Assembly: GCA_017549265.1 (NCBI GenBank)
Contig: JAFYVF010000116.1
Coordinates: forward strand, 1-33,936
Reading direction: 5' to 3'
Source of the DNA: Clostridia bacterium
Lineage (GTDB): Bacteria; Bacillota; Clostridia; UMGS1840
DNA length: 33,936 nucleotides
Positions 29,033 through 33,936 of the stretch are shown here, in pieces. Every line of letters begins with the position of its first letter. The stretch's first letter is position 1. Made by a program: the position numbers and the translations under genes. The notes beneath the pieces are model-generated. The model worked only from the letters and a program-made list of their open reading frames with translations. It was not told the DNA's origin and made no database searches.

Positions 29033-29733
29033 TACACGGATTAACGGATGTTGGACAAAAACGCACTTTAAATGAAGATAGTTTTTATTTTGAAACTGGA
29101 AAAAAAGGTTTTATGATGATTGTTTCCGATGGTATGGGCGGTCATAATGCCGGTGAAATTGCCAGCACAATGGCAGTAAAAGCGCTGATAGATTATGCCA
29201 AAGAAAATGATATGTTTCGTGACCCGGAGAGTTCTTTAAGAAAAGCAATTTCTTTTGCCAACAAGAAGATTTACAAAGCCGCTTGTCGGAAAGCCTCCTT
29301 GAGCGGCATGGGAACTACACTGGTAGTGGCTGTAGGAAATTCCAAAAAAGTGTGTATCGCCAATGTGGGAGATTCCCGGGCTTACCATATTTCCAAAGAA
29401 AAAATTACTCAAATCACGCAGGATCATTCCTTTGTGTATGAACTGGTAAAAAATGGACTGATTACACCGGAGGAAGCAAAAACACATCCTCGCAGGAATG
29501 AAATTATAAAAGCACTCGGAATTGGGCCCGAAGTGTATCCGGATATTTTCTTTTTAGATACGGAGAAGACAGACAAGCTTCTCCTTTGCTCCGACGGACT
29601 CACATCCCATGTGTCGGATGAAGAAATTTTTACAATTGTTAACCGTTACAGTCGTAAGGCAGCCACCGAAGCTTTGGTGAAGCTTGCCAATGAGTACGGC
29701 GGATCAGATAATATTACAGTAGTTCTTCGGTAA
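29029..29733 (+). CDS. prpC: PP2C-family Ser/Thr phosphatase (Stp1/PrpC)
   Basis: TDVG..R..NED, DGMGGH..GE.AS, MGTT, NVGDSRAY, T.DHS, LLCSDGL, GGSDNIT; immediately upstream of the PASTA kinase. Confidence 0.93.
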   Translation: MIHGLTDVGQKRTLNEDSFYFETGKKGFMMIVSDGMGGHNAGEIASTMAVKALIDYAKENDMFRDPESSLRKAISFANKKIYKAACRKASLSGMGTTLVVAVGNSKKVCIANVGDSRAYHISKEKITQITQDHSFVYELVKNGLITPEEAKTHPRRNEIIKALGIGPEVYPDIFFLDTEKTDKLLLCSDGLTSHVSDEEIFTIVNRYSRKAATEALVKLANEYGGSDNITVVLR

Positions 29734-29767
29734 AGCCGATTTGAATTCAAAATAAGGAGATAAAAAG

Positions 29768-31762
29768 ATGATAGGAAAAATTCTGGGCGATAGATATGAG
29801 CTTTTGGAATTAATCGGCGTAGGAGGAATGTCTCGGGTATATAAGGCGAAATGTAACCTCTTAAACCGTTTTGTTGCTGTGAAAATTTTAAAGGAAGAAT
29901 ATAACGACGATAAGGAATTTATCAAGCGTTTCTATATTGAGTCACAGGCGGCTGCTTCTTTGTCCAGCCCGCACATTGTTTCTATTTATGATGTAGGAAA
30001 TGAAGAAAATCTGCATTACATAGTGCTGGAATATGTGGAAGGCGCAACCTTAAAGGATGTTATCAAGAAAAATGGCGTGTTGGCTTGGAATGTAGCGCTT
30101 AATTTCTCGTTGCAGATTCTTGCTGCATTGGAATGTGCCCATAAAAACGGGATTGTCCATCGTGATATCAAACCTCAAAACATTATTGTTACCGATGACG
30201 GTGTGCTCAAAGTAACAGATTTTGGAATTGCGAGAGCTGTGAATAGCAATGAAACCAAAAAAATTGATACCGATGTAATCGGCTCTGTTCATTATATTTC
30301 TCCTGAGCAGGCCAAAGGTATCATGATTGATGCCAGATGCGATTTATATTCTTTAGGGATTGTGATGTATGAAATGTTGACGGGGAAACTTCCTTACGAT
30401 GGAGATAACCCGGTGTCAGTTGCACTGATGCATTTAAGTTCCGAACCGATTTCCATTAAGGAATTAAATTTGGCTGTTCCCAATGAGTTGGTTCGCATTG
30501 CAACAAAAGCTATGCAGCGAGACGTTTTAAACCGTTACCAGAGTGCCAAAGAAATGTCGGAAGAATTACTGGAATTTAAAAAAGTGGAGAATCTGACCAC
30601 TAAAGAAAACGAAGATGCTTTTATCCAGGAAACCGTGGCAATGGTAAAATTAGCAAAAAAAGATTCTGAAATTGATACGTCGATTCAAGCTCAGACTCAG
30701 GAGCAGCGTAGAATTCAGCGCAAAGGTGTGATTTCTTCAAAAACAAACATACCGGAATCGGCTGACGAAGATAGTGTGGTGCAAGCTTTTGAGATACAAT
30801 CTGTAAAGCAGAAAAAAGAACCCAGTGAAAAAACGGAAAAAATTGCATTTTGGACGGCAATTGGTACTGCCACGCTCATCGTTCTTTTGCTGGTTGTTTT
30901 TGCCCTTAATTTTATCTTCAACAGTGGAACCGGTTCCCCAAAAGGAGAAGAGAAATTTGTTTTCTTAAAAGATATGCAGGGGCAGAACATTGAAGACGTC
31001 CGTGAATATCTTGAGGGAGCTGGATTTGAGTATATTATTACCGATGTGGAAGATTCCGACTATGAAAACGGATTTATCCTCAGACAGGAACCCTATGGTG
31101 ACCAGGAAATTTCAACTTCCACATTGGTGGAACTCGAAGTAGTAAAAAATGAAGACTCCGAGGAACTGATTTGGGTTCCGGATGTTCTTCAGATGCGCTA
31201 TGACCAGGCTATTAAAGAGCTGGAAGATGCCGGCTTTAAAGTCAATATGATTGAGGAAGTATCTGCAACAGACGTGAAGGTAGGTTGTGTGTTCCAGCAA
31301 AGTCCATTAGCATCGGAAAAAGCTGAAAAAGGAAGCACCGTTACCATTCGTGTTTCTGCAGGGCCTGAAATTATTGTTGTGCCGAATTTTGTTGGTATGA
31401 CAGAAGAAGAAGCGATTGCTCAGGCAAGTGAATTAGGGCTCAATCCTCGTGTGCGAGAAAAAGAAGGAACTGAAAATATTGGTGAGGTTATCAAGCAATC
31501 TATTCCGAAAAATACGGAAGTAGAGATTAACAAGAAAGAAGATAAAACAGTAGAAATTGAGTTAACAGTAGTGATTCCTAAGGAAGAAGCTGAGGTAGCT
31601 CCGTCTTCTTCTCCTGAGATTGATACTCCGCCCACAGCGACTCCAAAAGAAGGACCTGATGCACAGCCGATTGTTCCCAATGATTCTTCGGAATCTTCCA
31701 CAGACAGGGGTTCTGAGGAAACTGAGAAAGAGCAAAACTCATCAGAGGATAGTGAATCCTAA
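29768..31762 (+). CDS. pknB: PASTA-domain Ser/Thr kinase (PknB/PrkC/Stk1)
   Basis: IGVGGMSRVY, VAVK, HRDIKPQN, DFGIA, GSVHYISPEQA, one TM helix, about three PASTA repeats, acidic Ser/Pro tail. Confidence 0.94.
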   Translation: MIGKILGDRYELLELIGVGGMSRVYKAKCNLLNRFVAVKILKEEYNDDKEFIKRFYIESQAAASLSSPHIVSIYDVGNEENLHYIVLEYVEGATLKDVIKKNGVLAWNVALNFSLQILAALECAHKNGIVHRDIKPQNIIVTDDGVLKVTDFGIARAVNSNETKKIDTDVIGSVHYISPEQAKGIMIDARCDLYSLGIVMYEMLTGKLPYDGDNPVSVALMHLSSEPISIKELNLAVPNELVRIATKAMQRDVLNRYQSAKEMSEELLEFKKVENLTTKENEDAFIQETVAMVKLAKKDSEIDTSIQAQTQEQRRIQRKGVISSKTNIPESADEDSVVQAFEIQSVKQKKEPSEKTEKIAFWTAIGTATLIVLLLVVFALNFIFNSGTGSPKGEEKFVFLKDMQGQNIEDVREYLEGAGFEYIITDVEDSDYENGFILRQEPYGDQEISTSTLVELEVVKNEDSEELIWVPDVLQMRYDQAIKELEDAGFKVNMIEEVSATDVKVGCVFQQSPLASEKAEKGSTVTIRVSAGPEIIVVPNFVGMTEEEAIAQASELGLNPRVREKEGTENIGEVIKQSIPKNTEVEINKKEDKTVEIELTVVIPKEEAEVAPSSSPEIDTPPTATPKEGPDAQPIVPNDSSESSTDRGSEETEKEQNSSEDSES

Positions 31763-31797
31763 CAGTAATACTAACGAAAAAGAGGTGTAGGTACAGT

Positions 31798-32661
31798 TTG
31801 AACGGTTTACTTACAAAAGGAATCGGCGGTTTTTATTATGTGGAAACCGAAAATGGTTGTTACGAATGTAAGGCAAGAGGAATTTTCAGAAAGAATGAAA
31901 TAACGCCTACAGTTGGTGATAGAGTAGAGATTTCGGTAGTTTCTGAAGCACAGAAAAAGGGGAGCTTAGATGCAATTTTACCCCGTAAGAATTTACTGAT
32001 TCGCCCCAGTATTGCCAATGTGGATCATTTTATCATTGTGGCTCCCGCTAAATCGCCCGATTTCGATACTTTTTTTGTGGATAAACTGTTGGTTTTTTGC
32101 GAATTGTATCAGATTGAACCGTTAATTGTGATCAATAAAACAGATTTGGAAAAGGGAGAAGCATACGGTGAGATTTATCGCCGTATCGGATATCCTGTGA
32201 TTTATACCAGCACTTTAAGCGGTGAGGGAATCGAAGATGTGAAGCAAAGCATCTTTGGCGGTATCAATGTGTTTGCAGGTTTTTCCGGAGCAGGCAAATC
32301 TTCTCTTTTGAATGAACTGATTGAAAATGCAGAATTAAAAACCGGAGAAATCAGCAAAATTACTCGTGGACGGCATACCACCCGTCATTCTGAGTTGTTT
32401 TTGATTGCACCCAACACTTATGTGGCGGATACGCCCGGCTTTTCTTCTTTGGAAATTGATTTTGCCGTTTCCAATTTGGATGAAATGTTTCCGGAATTTG
32501 GGGACACTGTTTGTCAGTTTAAAGGCTGTTCTCATACCAAAGAAAAAGGGTGCGGTGTATTGCAAGCCCTGGAGGAAGGCATGATTGCTCCTTCCAGATA
32601 CCAAAGCTACGTACAGATTTATGAAAAAATCAAAGATATTAAACCTTGGCACAAAAAGTAG
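31798..32661 (+). CDS. rsgA: Ribosome small subunit-dependent GTPase A
   Basis: GGFYYV, C.ARG.FR, NKTDL, GFSGAGKSS, GRHTT, DTPGF, Zn site C.F.GC.H..E.GC. TTG start after AGAGGTG/AGGT. Confidence 0.94.
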   Translation: MNGLLTKGIGGFYYVETENGCYECKARGIFRKNEITPTVGDRVEISVVSEAQKKGSLDAILPRKNLLIRPSIANVDHFIIVAPAKSPDFDTFFVDKLLVFCELYQIEPLIVINKTDLEKGEAYGEIYRRIGYPVIYTSTLSGEGIEDVKQSIFGGINVFAGFSGAGKSSLLNELIENAELKTGEISKITRGRHTTRHSELFLIAPNTYVADTPGFSSLEIDFAVSNLDEMFPEFGDTVCQFKGCSHTKEKGCGVLQALEEGMIAPSRYQSYVQIYEKIKDIKPWHKK

Positions 32662-32676
32662 AAAGGAGAATAAAAT

Positions 32677-33312
32677 ATGGTAAAAGTTTCCCCGTCGTTG
32701 TTGGCATCTGATTTCTCCGATTTACGTGGAGAAATCAAAGCGGTAAGTACTGCAGATTTTTTACATCTGGATGTGATGGATGGTCATTTTGTACCCAACT
32801 TAACCATTGGACCTTGTGTGATTTCGTCCATTCGCCCCCATTCTAATTTGCCCTTTGATACTCACTTGATGATTGATAATCCGTTAAAGTATATTGAACC
32901 TTTTGCGAAAGCAGGTTCTGATTATATCACTGTTCACGTGGAACAGCCCGATGATATTAGGGAATGTATCAGCAAAATTCAGAGCTATGGAAAAAAGGCT
33001 GGACTTGCCATCAGTCCCGATACAGATGCTTCTTTGTTGGAGCCTTATTTAGAGAATATTTCCATGATTACCGTGATGTCTGTATATCCCGGTTTTGGGG
33101 GACAAAAATTTATAGAATCAAGCTATCAGAAAATCCGTGAGATCAAAAAAATGATTGAAGGGAAAGATATTTTATTATCTGTTGACGGTGGCGTTGATTT
33201 TGAAAATGTTCGCAAATTAGAAGAAGCGGGTGTTACAATGGTTGTTGCCGGAAGCACTGTTTTTGGTGCCGAAAACCGTGAAAATGCCATTGAAATTTTG
33301 CGAGGAGAATAA
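32677..33312 (+). CDS. rpe: Ribulose-phosphate 3-epimerase
   Basis: PSLL..DF, HLDVMDGHFVPN, D.HLM, M.V.PGFGGQ, VDGG, VAGS. Confidence 0.96.
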   Translation: MVKVSPSLLASDFSDLRGEIKAVSTADFLHLDVMDGHFVPNLTIGPCVISSIRPHSNLPFDTHLMIDNPLKYIEPFAKAGSDYITVHVEQPDDIRECISKIQSYGKKAGLAISPDTDASLLEPYLENISMITVMSVYPGFGGQKFIESSYQKIREIKKMIEGKDILLSVDGGVDFENVRKLEEAGVTMVVAGSTVFGAENRENAIEILRGE

Positions 33313-33316
33313 TATT

Positions 33317-33934
33317 TTGAATATTTTAATCATAGCGGCAGGTGACAGTAAAAATCCAACCAAGCTATTAGAATATGCGAATGCAGCAGACTATATTATT
33401 TGCGCTGACGGAGGCTATGACCATGCCCGAGCTGTGGGAATTACGCCCGATATTTTAGTGGGTGATTTTGATTCCTTATCAGAGGAACCTGCCGATTTTT
33501 TAAGAAAAGTGAAATTGCCCGTGGAAAAAGATGAAACGGATACGCTGTATGCGTTGCGGTTTGCTTTTTCAAAAGGTGCTACGACTATTGTTGTATATGG
33601 CGGAATCGGTTCCCGTTTTGACCATAGTTATGCCAATATTTGTCTACTCCATCACGCTATGGTCCGAGATATTCCTATGGTGATAACAGATGGAAGTACA
33701 GAACTTTATCTCACGGATTCTGAGTTGCTTTTAAAAGGAAAAAAAGGAAATACCGTTTCCGTTTATGCATTTTCTGATGTTTGTGAAGGAGTTACCTTAA
33801 AAGGCTTTTACTATCCTTTGGAAAACGCTTCTTTAGAAAAATATGATATTATCGGAACCAGCAATATTGTGACGAATGATGTTGCAGAAATTTCAGTTTT
33901 GGAAGGAAATCTTCTGATTGTTTGTAACCAATAA
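33317..33934 (+). CDS. thiN: Thiamine pyrophosphokinase
   Basis: CADGG, PD..VGDFDS, EKDETD, GG.GSRFDH, GF.YPL, GTSN. Start moved to TTG 33317 behind RBS GAGGAG; follows rsgA-rpe as usual in Firmicutes. Confidence 0.93.
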   Translation: MNILIIAAGDSKNPTKLLEYANAADYIICADGGYDHARAVGITPDILVGDFDSLSEEPADFLRKVKLPVEKDETDTLYALRFAFSKGATTIVVYGGIGSRFDHSYANICLLHHAMVRDIPMVITDGSTELYLTDSELLLKGKKGNTVSVYAFSDVCEGVTLKGFYYPLENASLEKYDIIGTSNIVTNDVAEISVLEGNLLIVCNQ

Positions 33935-33936
33935 AA

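Noticed and set aside
33230-33316. Extended ThiN start overlapping rpe
   Set aside because: RBS GAGGAG and TTG at 33317 give a normal-length enzyme with no overlap.

Overview
Low-GC Firmicute (Clostridia-like, probably spore-forming) chromosomal region made almost entirely of tightly packed housekeeping genes on the + strand: ecfA1-ecfA2-ecfT-truA, a membrane-anchored hypothetical, a CvpA-family gene and ligA; then a sigma-A-driven cluster of a divergent HisB/IGPD-like gene, a large-cap HAD hydrolase, an unpartnered Fe-S fumarase beta subunit and radC. A minus-strand gerA-gerC-gerB germinant receptor operon converges on radC. A ~20.7 kb co-directional run follows: asnS, TPR protein, purL, trimeric PNP, ahcY, VanW/G5 protein, rnfCDGEAB, rlmN, PP2C phosphatase, PASTA kinase, rsgA, rpe, thiN. 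I saw no rRNA, tRNA, CRISPR array, integrase or transposase. Best leads: (1) a GC-rich palindromic segment that adds 78 bp in frame inside gerB between 10-bp direct repeats and also looks like a terminator on the opposite strand; (2) a stand-alone HisB-like protein with altered metal and phosphate ligands, paired with a HAD phosphatase behind a promoter with a palindromic site; (3) an HxExK-type AhcY next to a 6-oxopurine PNP, suggesting SAH recycling via S-inosylhomocysteine; (4) a roughly half-length GerC. All family assignments come from motif recognition by eye; no searches were run.
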